Below, piece by piece: positions 1-13,390 of a stretch of DNA of 64,000 nt (its first letter is position 1; every line of letters begins with the position of its first letter). The position numbers and the translations under genes are program-made. The notes below the pieces were generated by a model, which searched no databases, was not told the origin of the DNA, and saw nothing but the letters and a program-made list of their open reading frames with translations. The DNA lies in NCBI GenBank assembly GCA_009914755.4, contig CP068257.2, forward strand, positions 28,896,001-28,960,000, read 5' to 3'. This stretch comes from the human T2T-CHM13v2.0 reference genome, Homo sapiens.

Positions 1-655
1 GAAAATAATATCCAAAGACTTGGCCTAGGTAAAACAATCCTGAAGGAAAATAATTGTTCGATACAAAAATATATTGCTTAGATATTGCAACACTTATATA
101 AAACAGGTTCATCTTAATGCATGGACAAGAAATCAAATTTACAATGGCAATAAAATGTTTATTAGAAGTATGAATAGAATTATTACCTTAAAGTAAGGAA
201 AGTAGCACCATTTTAATAAGCCTCAATAATGAGAAAAATCAGCCCTTAGTATTGAACCTTGTTCCAGGATGAATAGTTTTGGTGGGTTTTTGATTCTTGT
301 AGACAAAGCTGGGCTGTAAATAAAGTAGTTGAGATTAATAAGTCTAAATAGAAAATTACATTGATAACATTAAGGAAACCAGTAGAATGCTTAGACTTTA
401 TTAATATAAAAGATCTGAGGTTCATAAAATATCAGAAATTTATTTTAGTAGAATAAAAGGTACAGGTACGTTTCATGAAACAGGTACAGTAGAAACCACA
501 GCCATATGTACTGTTACCATTAATCCATACTTAGGATCAGAGACAGAGACAGAACCCAGGCGACCACAGTAGATTCAAAGAAGCTCATGATGTCACCACC
601 TACGTGAGTTTTTTGTTTGTTTGTTTGTTTGCTTGCTTGTGATTTTTTGGGGTTC

Positions 656-914
656 TTTTTTTTTTGAGACGGACTCTCGCTCTGTTGCCCAGGCTGGAGT
701 GCAGTGGCGCGCGCTCTCGGCTCACTGCAAGCTCCGCCTCCCGGGGTCGCGCCATTCTCCTGCCTCAGCCTCCGGAGTAGCTGGGACTACAGCGCCCGCC
801 ATCACGCCCAGCTAAATTGTTTTTGTATTTTTAGTAGAGACGGGGTTTCACTGCGTTAGCCATAATGGTCTTGATCTCCTGACCTCGTGATCCATCCGAC
901 TCGGCCTCCCAAAG
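656..914 (-). mobile_element. Alu (SINE), minus orientation, 5'-truncated
   Basis: It starts with ttttttgagacggactctcgctctgttgcccaggctggagtgcagtggcgc and runs to ...gcctcccaaag. A (GTTT)n run lies at 612-645. Confidence 0.9.
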
Positions 915-1829
915 GTGGGTCTTTTAATATTCTCTCATGGAGGGAAGAGGCCAATCATGTCCATAAATTATTATTTATGGTCTAGGTCTCAATGTTTATA
1001 AAAGCTCCCCAGAGGGAATGGAAAGGTGGAATTATTTTTGCGTGATGAAGGAGTAGTGAAAACGTTATTGTGGCTATATTTTAGTTAATGAAAAAGACAA
1101 TATTGGGAGATAAAGTTAGGAAGGGGTTAGATTATGCAGGAGCTCCAGGGCCTCGATGATAATTCTTTAATGAAATTTCAGGTGTAATAGAAAGACATTA
1201 AAGATTTCCAGTTAAGGAAGTGATCTGATTGACAACTTGCTACTGTGTGGTTCATGAATTGTAAGAGTTCTAGAATAGAAGCCTAGAGTGTAAGATTATT
1301 ATAGTAATTCAGGCAAGAGATGGTGGTAGACCCTATATGGGGCTTGTTGGTGGATAGGACACAGATGAGGGGGATAAGAAAACGAGAAATGCAGAGTAAC
1401 ACCTTAGTTTTGCGCTTAAGAAATTTGTTGAATGTCTTAGATATTATATTTAACAGGAAGCTTGGGTATAGGCAGATTGTAAAAACATCAAGAGTTCCTT
1501 TTCTAAAATATTGAATTGACAGAGATTACATATCTTCAGGGTATTCAGTGTGATGGTTTGGTATATTTAATTTTGTATAAGCACACTTTGTGTAATGATT
1601 ACCACAATCAAATTAATAAACACATCCATTTACTCGTGCTATCAGTTTGGTCCCCAGAACTTATTCATCGTATAACTGAAAGTTTGTTCACTTTAACCAA
1701 CACTACCCCTTTCCTCTGTGCTTACCCCGCACGCTTTGCAACCACCATTCTTTCTACTCATGGGATCTATCAAACTTTAAAAAATTTCACTTATACTACG
1801 TTTTTCTGCATCTGGATTATTTCACATAG

Positions 1830-2456
1830 CATAATGTCCCCCAGGTTTATCCATGTTGCCCCATGTGGTAGAATTTCTTTCTTTTCAATGGCTACATTTC
1901 CTTATTCATTAATCCATCCATGAACACTTAGATTGTGGCCATATCTTGGCTACTGTGAATAATGCTGCAAGGAACCTGAGGATGCAGATATCTCTTTGAG
2001 ATTCTGATTTCATCTCCCAGAAGTGGAATTGCTGGATCATATATATGGTAGTTCAATATTTAATTTTTGAGGAACTTCCATATTGTTTTCGATGGTGACT
2101 ATACAAATTTACATTCCTTCCATCAGTGTACAAAGCCTCCCTTTTCTTTACACCTTTGCAGTGCTAGTTATCTTTGCCCTTTTGGTAATAGTCATCTTAG
2201 GTGGTATCTCACTGTGGTTTTGATTTTCATTTATTTGATTATTTACGATATTGAGGACTTCTTCATATACATCATAGCTATTTGTATGTCTTCTTTGGAA
2301 AATTGTTCATGTCCTTTGCCCATTGTTTAGCTGACCAAAAAATGGTCAGCTAAATTTGCTATTGAATTGTGTGAGCTCCTTATATATTTAGGATATGAAT
2401 AGTATTCCATTGTGTATATATACCACATTTTCTTTACCCATTCTTTATCTATTAGA
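1830..2456 (-). mobile_element. LINE-1 3'-region fragment(s), antisense, older subfamily
   Basis: cacatagcataatgtcccccaggtttatccatgtt ... atcttggctactgtgaataatgctgcaaggaacctgaggatgcagatatctctttgag ... gaagtggaattgctggatcatatatatggtag ... ggaacttccatattgttttc ... gtggtatctcactgtggttttgattttcatt. All of these match the antisense strand of the L1 3' end and the ORF2 C-terminal region. Confidence 0.7.
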
Positions 2457-2913
2457 AACTTTTAATCTAGTAATTCTGTTACACAAGTTTGGTAGCAGAA
2501 GTTATGACTACAGCCACATGGAGCTCCGTCTACCTAATTAAGTCTTTCTTATTAAGAAAACAAAACTCATAGTGATCATTCATTTCCAAGTCCTTAATAA
2601 ATATTATCACCTGAACATGACAATCCTGTGAATTAGAACCAGTCCCACATAACTATCAATACCTTGTGAGATAGGCGCTAAACACAATTTGGAGGACAGA
2701 AAACGAAAACTTACAGAGGCTAACTTGTCCGAGTTCACCTAGTTAGGGGATAGTGGAGCCAAAACTCAAACCCAAGTCTCTTTGAAGCCAAACCTTTGTG
2801 TTTTAGTGCTCATCTATTTTTTTCTCCGTTATAATACACAAATATGGATGTCTGAAGACATGGTGTAATGCTATCATCTTATGGAAAGGTTGTCTTAAAT
2901 ATGCAGCTGTTAA

Positions 2914-3326
<413 letters not shown>

Positions 3327-5504
3327 AGGGATCCAGTTATTGGGTGATCAAAATAGTCATTAAGGATAATCCAGAAAACAAACTACAAAATATCTGGAGT
3401 CAGACTACAGACCAGACTGTGGAAGCTGCCACATCCAAACCCTCAGTCAGAGCAAAGGATTCTGTAGAAATTTCTTTAGGTGATGACATCAGACATTAAG
3501 GATTTCGTTTGATAAACAGGGCAGTAGCTGTTGTAAGTACCTATGTGGTACTTTCATATCCACTGAAGGGTGGGTTTAAGAATCCATAAAGATGTGTCAA
3601 GCTCTCCTTTCAAATAAAAATAGTACAAACAAGTCAATAAAACCATTCCTTTCATAACTGAGAAGAGGTCGTTTTGAACTTGCTCTTAAAAGCATTCTAT
3701 TAGTTTTCTTTCTGCTTAGCTTACATTCTTCAAAAGAAACCTCAGCTATGGTAAGAAATGATGGTTATATCTCCAAAGCAATCTTTTCTACATTTAGAAT
3801 TTCTTGAATAGCTTTCAAAACATCAAGTAGTTTTGTAAAATAACCTGACATTTTACCAACCATTAATTACATTGCCTTGCTAAAGTATAAAATCTTGTAC
3901 ACTATCTACATTATTTTTACTTTATGGCTAAACGAATAGCATACAATTTATTCAAGAAAATTGTCTACAAACTACAAAAATTGATGCAACCAAAAAACTA
4001 TGTTCCTCTTTATAAAAGTGATGAAAATGTTTTAATCTGATAATTTCCTTCGTGGTCATTTAGCGGTTTTTAAAACATGTATTCTAAACTGTCTCAAATG
4101 ATTTCAAATGTAAAATAAATAAATAATAACAAAGCATGTAAATCAACAGAGATTGAGTAAAGGGAAAACAAGTTCAAATTATTTAAAAACAGTTTTCAAA
4201 GTACACAATTCATGAATGGCATTAGCATTCATCAGGCGTATCTAAGTGTCCTTAATTATGGAAACGTTTGCAAAATTATTTATCTCCTTGTCCTCTAGCT
4301 TTCTCAAGTGAACAATAACATAAAGTAATTAGAAAGTTATTTTCTAAAGTTATGAAGTTCTGTTCTTGTGAACCTTTAGAGAATCTTTAGAGTTTAATAC
4401 ACAAAATGGTAAATCTGTGGGGATAATGACTCTCACTGTTAGACCGACAAAATTGTTGGAAGTATTGCCAGTCGTGAATACTAATGGCCTTGTACATGGG
4501 AAGTGGTAGTTTCTATTATTAAATCAAAAGGCAGGACAAGGTGATTCTGCAGTGATTCGTCAACCAATGGAGCATATCCAATAAGAAATTTGTTAAAACA
4601 ATAGACTTGCTTACATGTATAGAGACGAGGCTATTGTGCTAGAAATCTTAACGTTTCCCCTCCTTTACCCCAAATCCGAGATAGTTTATTTAACTTTGAT
4701 TTTTAATTGCCAGAATTTTTTTAAGTTTTGTAAAGTGATACAGCTGGAAATAAGCACTGTATTAATACATTCTAATTTTTTAAACTGTAAAAATCTTGTA
4801 CATGGCATTTATGTGTGATAGAGCAACAAAATATCTTGCTCAAAGGCCCAACACACAGATTTACCTGTTTCTTATTGAAAAGTCAAAAGATTAATTGAAA
4901 AATTCTTTGGAAGTGGGGAAGATTTAATTTTCATTGGATGTAAATATTTATTTTATTATTCCTGTGAGTATACATTTGGAGAAAGCTTGAAGAAGGCTTT
5001 CAGGGTGACTAGGTTTGTCTAAGAGGTGAGAAGAAAGAAGTGGAGGAAAGCACATATATACATTAAAGAGGCTGAAATCTCTATGGCAATGAACATTTGG
5101 GGAAAGATCTTAATTTGAATAGTCAGTTTAGGCAGATAGTAAAAATCACAAACCAGTTCTCTGAAATCAATTATAAGCTGCCTTGGGGTAATGCCTCGGC
5201 TTTTGTTGATGAGGTTGCTTGACTGTACACATTTATGAGAAGATATAGATTAAAATTACAGGTTCTCTAATGGATAGTTATAAATGACCCTCTAAATGTC
5301 AGTTTAAACGCAATCCATTCTAAATCAAAAACATCATTTTCTCCTTCCAAATCTCTTTTAGTTGTAGAAATACGTGCTTAGAATTGTTGAAAGAATTTTA
5401 AGACTGAAATCGAAAGTCTTATGTTGAATCCCCATTTCTACTCAATCACTTATAAATTATATAATCTGAACAAAGTAATATTAAACACAAAATATAGATT
5501 ACTG

Positions 5505-5965
5505 TTATGGTTGAGTTGTGTGTCCTCTCTCAAAAAGATATGTTGAAATCATAATGCCCCAGAACATGTGAGTATGACCTTAGTTAGAAATAGAGTCCTT
5601 GCAAGCTTAATCAAATTGAGGTGAGGTCATTACGATGAGCCCTAATTCAATATGACTGGTGTCCTCATAAAAAAGGTAACTCAAACAAAGAGAGAAGAAG
5701 ACATAGAGAAGTACAAGAACACCATGTAATCGCAAAGGCAGAGATTGAAGTTATATACCTGCACACCAGGAAGTACCAAAGATTCCCAGAAAACCACCAG
5801 AAGCTAGAAAGAGGCAAGGAAGAATTCTCCTCTTGGCTTCAGAGGGGGTATGGCCCTTATAGACACTTTGATCCCAGACTTTAAGCCTGCAGAACTGCGA
5901 GACAATACATTTCTCTTGTTTTAAGCTATCCTGTTAACGGAACTTTGTTGGCCCTAGGAAATTAA
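5505..5965 (+). mobile_element. MaLR LTR (MLT1-like) solo LTR
   Basis: atgttgaaatcataatgccccagaacatgtgagtatgaccttagttagaaatagagtccttgcaag ... aggtcattacgatgagccctaattcaatatgactggtgtcctcataaaaaagg ... cctgcagaactgcgagacaatacatttctcttgttttaagctatcctgttaacggaactttgttggc. This is the canonical MLT1 architecture and tail. Confidence 0.6.
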
Positions 5966-7233
5966 TACAATAACCTGCTATGTGTCACGCATCATGATGT
6001 ATAATACTTATGTATTTGCATACATATGTGGAGGACAGTAGGTTTATTTCGCAACATTTCTTAAAAATAAAATAAAATTATCAGGCGTAATCTTGAAAAT
6101 ATCAGTGAAATTAACAAACATGTTTTATATCACACAGTTAACAGTAAATAGAAAATACAATCTCAATCACTTTTGTGTCCAAAAATTTATATTTTCTCCA
6201 CTATTCTAACTACTTTTTGGAGTAGTTTGAGGACTTAAAATACCTCTTTTTACTTTAGTTCCTATTTTGGAGCGTATTATAAAAATTAAAATAACTATCA
6301 ATCTATAAGGCACCTTACAAAATATTTGAAAAATATTAGGTCAGAAATTTTAATTATCTCATTTTCTTCACTAGTTCAGTTTATTTAACAAATATTTACT
6401 GAGCTCATATTAGGTGCTACGCTCAGTTCTAGGAAACCATTCACTGTAGGGTAGCTTAACCTCAAAACCACGTGTACAGCGTTTCCCTTTAGTCATTGGT
6501 TTTTCTTTAGTTCAATTAATCTTCACCCAACTATGTATAAATCTTCAGAGAAATAAAGAACAACAAAATATCTCGTTTTTAATCCATATTCTATTATGAC
6601 TTGTGAAAAAGGAGAGAAAAATCACACACTTAACGTGTTATCCTATCCTATATAAATAGTCTAGGACAATTCTTCAAATCAGCACCCTCCCTTCTTTCTG
6701 AACTCTTGTTTACTTCAGCTTCCCTTGCCATCTCAGGTGTGATAATTAGAGGCTTTCTAATCGGCTCTGCAAAGAAAAGTTAGCTTTCTCAGCATAACTA
6801 AGAAAAAAATAACTTTTTTCTATAAGGATGATTTTTTGTTACAAAATACATGGAAAAATGTTTTAAAAACCAGAGGAGAACATAACTTTTAAGGATTATT
6901 TTTTTAAAAAAATGAAAACACCTTTAATAAAAATATAACACGAAGCCCTCTTACAAGGTCATCCCAAAAAGAATAATCTCTAAGGCAAAATATTCAGCCT
7001 GTGTGGTAATGTTAAAATTAGTATACATTATTATGAAATAAATTTGGAGTGGACTTTGTCATTCAAAGAAAATAGCTTTCTTAAAAACTGGCACAGAAAT
7101 GTCAGAAGTGACCCAATTTGTGAAATCTGCAATCATGTCATGGAATGAAGTGCTGTTGTTGATCTTGAGAAAATTAACAGTAGGGTGATACCTAGATTCC
7201 AATGTCCCAAAGCACCAAGGTAATTTTTCCTTT

Positions 7234-7365
7234 TCAATAGAATCCAGAGAATCCATATTCTCCATAGCATAATGTCTGTCAGCAGCCATATGCATAGCCT
7301 CCATAGCCAGAACCATAGTCCAAGCTATAGCCATAGTCCAGGCCCTGGTTGTAGTAGCAGCTCAT
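7234..7365 (-). pseudogene. KRTAP19-like pseudogene with an in-frame premature stop
   Basis: Hand translation from the ATG at 7365 on the minus strand: [42 protein letters not shown]. The TGA at 7279-7281 sits where family members have CC-R, consistent with CGA to TGA. The downstream frame still ends with the canonical GFSGFY stop at 7234-7236. No convincing TATA box is upstream. The ATG context (cttgataccATG) is shared with its paralogs. Confidence 0.6.
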
Positions 7366-7921
7366 GGTATCAAGAGTGGGGATTTTGTTTGACGATAAAG
7401 CTGTGTTTCGGAAGTGTAAATGACATCATGTGCCCAGGAACTCTTGCATACCTCAGAAAAGGGTGTGGTAACAAAAATAAACTTGAATAATCCTTAATCC
7501 ATGACCTCAATGACATAAAAGACAATCTCGTTAATCTTTTTGACGTCTAATTGAGGGCCATTTGTCCAAATTCCAATAAAATGCACTGTGTCTATGTTGA
7601 CAACAATGATTATGGTATCTTCAAAGAGCACACAGGAGGTGACTGCCATCTCTAAAATTCTTTAGCCAGGCATCATAGCATCTCATTACTCTTCAAAATA
7701 ATTGATACACTCTTTACTGAATGAAGGCAATATCATAAGAAACTACAGCTTATTTGCCAGTAAAACTAAAGCAAGCTGGTGATACTTGTTCAAAATCCCA
7801 AAATAGGCCACTTTTCCAGTTTACTCTAAGTTTTTTTTAACATGTTTTTAACCAAAATTGAGCTCTTTAAAAGTGTGGCCATCATTATATATCTACTCTC
7901 TTCTTGAGAAATTGTGTTCTT

Positions 7922-8247
<326 letters not shown>

Positions 8248-10299
8248 TTATTAACATCTTCTCAAAGAATTAAATTTAGCATTAAATTTCCATATTTAAT
8301 TGACTCATATCAGGGATATATGAGTTTCACAAAATTCCTCTTTTTGACACTGACCCTGAGTTTTCAAAATTATCTGCAAAGAAAAATAATTTTTTTTCTA
8401 ACACAAGACTCTTTTTCTGATTCCTTAGAAAAATGTAACTGGAATGGTATGTTATTTTATCCTTGTGTGTTACTTGTCTGTGACCTATTGGATGTTTTAA
8501 GTGAAAGCAAATATAAATCAATGAAAAGGATTCAGTGTCACTAAGAATAGGTAGATTTTCTTTGCAGGTTTTCTACAGATGGAACCCCAGCTCTACGAGT
8601 CGTTTTATAAAAACATGTATATCATCCTTTGTCTTATCAACAAGCCTCTGAGTTTTTGCTGGAAAACATGATTTCCTTCATTTTAAAAATATGCTTTTCA
8701 TCTATAGAATAAAAATAGAATTTGGAAGTAGAATTATGAAAGTTCATAATAGATTATAAAAGGCCAAGAGATTTTTTAAGGTTATATTAGCAAATAACTG
8801 AGGCTTTTGACTTATATAGCTTTGCAGTTAATTAAGTGTGTCTAGAGAGAATCTATCAAAAGTGAATTTTTATGAAACAGAAATATAATAGTTAAAATAT
8901 TTTTGTTTGTAAAAATGGTTTGAAAATCAATTTGTCAGTGTTTTTCCCATTTTCAGCTTGTACTTTAACTTTGTCATTGAAGGTCCCAATCAGTCCTAAT
9001 CAATAACTTCCTTGAATCCCAATATTCTATTATGTTATTGATGTTTTCTTTTTCTTTTAACAAATATTCATTGAACACCTGCTGTGTGTTTGGCATCATA
9101 TTAATGCAAGGGATACCTAAAGATCCTGACTGCAAAACCCATACAATCGCATACAAAAACTAATAATCATATTACAATCTATAATCATTAACTAAAATGG
9201 GCACTAATAAGTCTGTTTTTTATTTCCCCAGTCTAGAAAATAAAGTTGGGATGACTCGCTGTTGTTCCAAACTAATTTTCTCAATAAGAAATTTCCAAGT
9301 TATTTCACAATAATTTGACACACTTAACTATTGATTAAAAAAGTACATACATTCTTCAATATCTAAAGGGTTAGAGAATATGCTGTTTATTTTATAATAT
9401 TTTATTCAAGGTGATTTCTCTACCTTTGTACTTGAAAGAAAATAGGCAGCAGTAGCATAAAGCCTGGTTGATGAATGAGAAATTTACTTGCCAGTTTTAT
9501 TTTCAATCCTATAAATTAACTTTTTAAGACTACATAATTTGCAATTTTGCTTGCAACTCAATTATTTTAGCAAGCGTGTATATGTTAAATTAAGTATCAG
9601 AGAGTATATTTTAAATGTTTTCACCACCCTAAAAAATAACTATGTTAGATAGTAGATTTGTGAGTTAGCTTGGTGTAATCATTCCGCAATGTAAACATAT
9701 AACAAAATATAACACTGTGCCCTCATAAACATATAAAGCTATTTGTCAATTAAAAATAAAACTTTAAAAATAAGTTTAGAAAGAATAATTAGCATTAGGC
9801 AGATGCTTCCAAAATGCTGTCAAATGACCATACCTATAGGCAAAAAAGGCAGTTAAACAACAACAAAAAATAATAACATATAAACAGAACAGTACCATTC
9901 CCATCATTATTAATCGCTTATTTGAAATAAACATAACATGAACTCTCTAGAGGAACATGGTACTATTTTAGTTTATTATTTTGTATTTAGATGTTATTTT
10001 TACATCAAATCTCCTCCAAATCATCTTCCAGGTTTATAACGTCTTGTGCTAACTCTTACATGACATAGAGTGGAAAGTACCTGAAAGCTACTACAAAAAC
10101 ATTGTTCACTGGCAAGATGGTAGGAGTAGAAATGTATGTCAAGAATTACTGAAATTTAAGAAATTTAAGAGACCTTAAGTACTATCTAGAATAGTTATTT
10201 TCAAGGAAATTTTGACGAGTAGTCAGCAGACCAATAGCAAAACTAATGAAAACTAATTATCTAAGTTATCCTCCAGAAAATTAAAAATTAAATTGGTAA

Positions 10300-10695
<396 letters not shown>

Positions 10696-11537
10696 TAATA
10701 TCTTTTGGGAAGCAAGGCTTGAACTCTACAGGTAGGAACACAGAAAGACAAGTAATTTAACTTGTCAAGGAGGTAGAGTAGATTCTCATATGTTCAATAG
10801 TTTAAAATTGATTATACATAAAGGACATTATACATTTGATAAGTCAGTGTTGGGTACATGCGAGCTTTGATAGCATTCTTTAGACCTTACGTATTATTAC
10901 AAATATTATTTATATTAACTCAATGTTTTATTTAAAATTCGCTTTCATTGATTAACATAGAATTACTGTGCTTTGAGATAAACCTCAGAATACAAACACA
11001 CTAATTGGAATGAAGATTGCAATAAGTTATTGTTTAAAACTAAGTCATAAAAATAATAGTGTACATAATCATATTCTAAAAACAAAATCACACACAAAAC
11101 CACTGAAAACAGATAAAAAGTAAAGACAGATGAAAGTACACAGTGATTTTGTCCATCTTATTCTTTTATATCTTCAGGACTTAGAATGGTGCCCAAATTT
11201 GGAGACACACAATGAATATATGTTGAATAAAATATATTATTGAGGCAAAACATTGTTGAAATAAAAACACCAATTCAGAGGAAAGAAGACAAACAGCTTG
11301 ATTGAAATCTCATCAATGCATTTGAAATGTACTAAAATGAATTGATAAAGCCATGTTTGCTATTCAAGTTAAACGTGTTTATTTAAAACTATTTTAAAAT
11401 ACATGTCACAACAGATGTCAGTGACTAAATAATAATAGGTGAAACCCTGATTCAATGTAATGATTCCAGATTCTTCCATAAAAACTGATGGCTAGTTCCT
11501 TCTGGAGCATGAAGCCAAAAAATGGTAGGTATTTTCT

Positions 11538-11792
11538 CTACATTGAGAAAAGTGTTCGCCTTGCTGAAGCATACGGGCAAGATCTTGGAGTTAGAGTATG
11601 AGAATCAGCAAGTTTTTTAGTAAATCCAGAGAATCCATAACCTTCACGGCATGATGGGCGGCAGCAGCCATATCTATAGCCTCCATAGCCAGAGCCATAT
11701 CTGTAGCCTCCACAGCCACAGCCATAGCCCAGACCACCAAAGCCTCCACAGCCATATCCCAGGCCTCTGTAGTAGCTGCCATAGTATCTCAT
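11538..11792 (-). CDS. KRTAP19-6: Keratin-associated protein 19 family, probably KRTAP19-6, with an apparent C-terminal frameshift read-through in this sequence
   Basis: ORF 11538..11792: [84 protein letters not shown]. The first 57 aa are canonical KRTAP19. The family-typical terminus GFSGFY* (TTT TAC TAA) is replaced by TTT ACT AAA. This is one T fewer on the gene strand, i.e. taaa instead of taaaa at plus 11621-11624, and it adds a 26-aa tail. The expected canonical stop would fall near 11616. A TATA box is at 11871-11877 on the minus strand. Confidence 0.7.
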   Translation of the reverse strand: MRYYGSYYRGLGYGCGGFGGLGYGCGCGGYRYGSGYGGYRYGCCRPSCREGYGFSGFTKKLADSHTLTPRSCPYASARRTLFSM

Positions 11793-11870
11793 GGTGTCAG
11801 GGACTAGAGATTCAGTTCAATGCTAATGATGAGTTTCCTGAGTGTAGGTGTCTCTAACTTCTCAGAATGA

Positions 11871-11877
11871 TTTTATA
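11871..11877 (-). promoter_or_regulatory. TATA box of KRTAP19-6 (minus strand tataaaa)
   Basis: The plus strand reads ttttatactc, which gives tataaaa on the gene strand. It lies about 80 bp upstream of the ATG at 11792. Confidence 0.5.
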
Positions 11878-13314
11878 CTCTAAGTAGTGGGTGTCATGAA
11901 CAACAATGACAGGTGATCTTATTTCCACATAACAGAATAATTTTAAGTCTAACAATTGTTTATTTTTTTTCTTTTCTTATGTAACAAAGGGTCCAAACTA
12001 TTATTTAAAGACTTTTAGTCTTTAGTTTGCATTCCTAAGAACAAAATATTTTGAAGATGAAAAATGATTATAGCCACTTCAAAGGCCAGGCTGGTGTTGT
12101 AATTAAAATGGTCTAATCGGGTTGATAGCTTCCAGTAACGCTGTAATTACATAACCTCATATTGCTTTTCTTTTTAATTTGCAGTCCATCGTCTTGGTTA
12201 CTTCATTCCCAGAACCCAAGGACTTCTCTTCATGGTAGTCAGGGCATAGTCACAAAGTCATTAGTGATTTCCAGTAGTCAAATTTAGAGGAAACCTTGGT
12301 TTTTGACTCATTTGAACTTTAATTGACCTTTGACATTGCTAACCTTCCATCCATTCATTCTTTTGTAAAGCTTTCTTGCCTTAATTTCTATGAGAAACCT
12401 TCAATTAGCTTCCTCTGCCAATTTTTTGTTAGGCTTCTTCCCAATTTTTTATTCATCCATTAACTTCAAAAGTGTACCTTTTCCTCTGCATACACTTTTC
12501 CCATGAAGTTCCATTAAATATTATTTTTCTTTTTTCAAATTTTATTTTTAAGAATACATAGTAGAGTATATATATCTATGGGGTATATGAAATACTTTTA
12601 TACAGACATGACAATGCATACTAATCACTGGTTAATGGAGTAATAATCACTGGTAAATGATAAATAGGGTATCCATCCCCTCAAGCATTTATCCTTTGTG
12701 TTAAAGCAATTCAATTACACTCTCTTATTTTAAAATGTTCGATTAAATCAATAATTTAATTTAAATGCAATTTAATTATACATTTTAAAATAACTAAGAG
12801 AGTATAACTTAGTATGGCCACACTTTTGTGCTATCAAATACTAGGTCTTATTCATCATTTCTATTCCTTTGTACCCATTAACCACCCCTACTCCTCCATC
12901 ACTCACATCCCTCCCCACCCCTACCCTGCACCCACCTACTCCCCTTTCCATTCTCTGTTAACCATCCTTCTAGTCTCTATCTCCATGAGTTCAATTGTTT
13001 TCAATTTTTAGCTCCCACAAATAAGTGAGAACATACAAAGTTTGTTTTTCTGTGCCTGACTTATTTCACTTAGCATAATGACGACCAGTTCCATCCATTC
13101 TGTTGCAAATGACAGGATCTCATTATTTTTTATGGTTGACTAGTACTCCATTGTGTATACATACCACATTTTCTTTATCCATTCATCTGTTGGTGGAAAA
13201 TTAGGTTGCTTCCAAATCTTTGCTATTATGAACAGTGCTGCAACAAACATGGGAGTGCACATATCTCTTTGATATACTGTTTTCCCTTCCTTTGGATGTA
13301 TACCAGGCCTCCAT

Positions 13315-13390
13315 AGTAGCTGCTGTAGTAGCTCATGGTGTCAGGGACTAGAGATTAGGTTTGATGCTAAAGATGAGTTTAGCACCAGCA
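13315..13390 (-). pseudogene. ~76-bp fragment of a KRTAP19 gene start (first ~11 codons plus ~45 bp of 5' flank) embedded in an L1
   Basis: Window 13315-13390 reads ggcctccatagtagctgctgtagtagctcatggtgtcagggactagagattaggtttgatgctaaagatgagttt. The KRTAP19-6 locus at 11761-11838 reads aggcctctgtagtagctgccatagtatctcatggtgtcagggactagagattcagttcaatgctaatgatgagttt, which is near-identical. The fragment would encode MSYYSSYYGGL. Both sides continue directly as L1 sequence: ...tttggatgtatacc on the left and agcaccagcagtgggatttctgtgtcatatggtag... on the right. Confidence 0.55.

Noticed and set aside
621-815. Numerous 60-120-aa ORFs with motifs like [33 protein letters not shown] (e.g. 621..815, 2935..3267, 8013..8235, 10376..10591, 14801..15133, 25655..25930, 28056..28370, 34203..34475, 45094..45425, 48002..48223, 52739..52939)
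   Set aside because: These are stereotyped translations of Alu elements in various frames.
7059-7490. Track ORFs 7059..7334 (-) and 7272..7490 (+) near the KRTAP19-like relic
   Set aside because: They are wrong-frame or antisense readings. The family-consistent frame is the one starting at 7365 on the minus strand, and it contains the premature TGA.
11591-11857. ORFs 11591..11782 (-) and 11651..11857 (+) overlapping KRTAP19-6; 31083..31367 (+) overlapping KRTAP19-7
   Set aside because: They are alternative-frame or antisense artefacts of the G/Y-repeat CDS.
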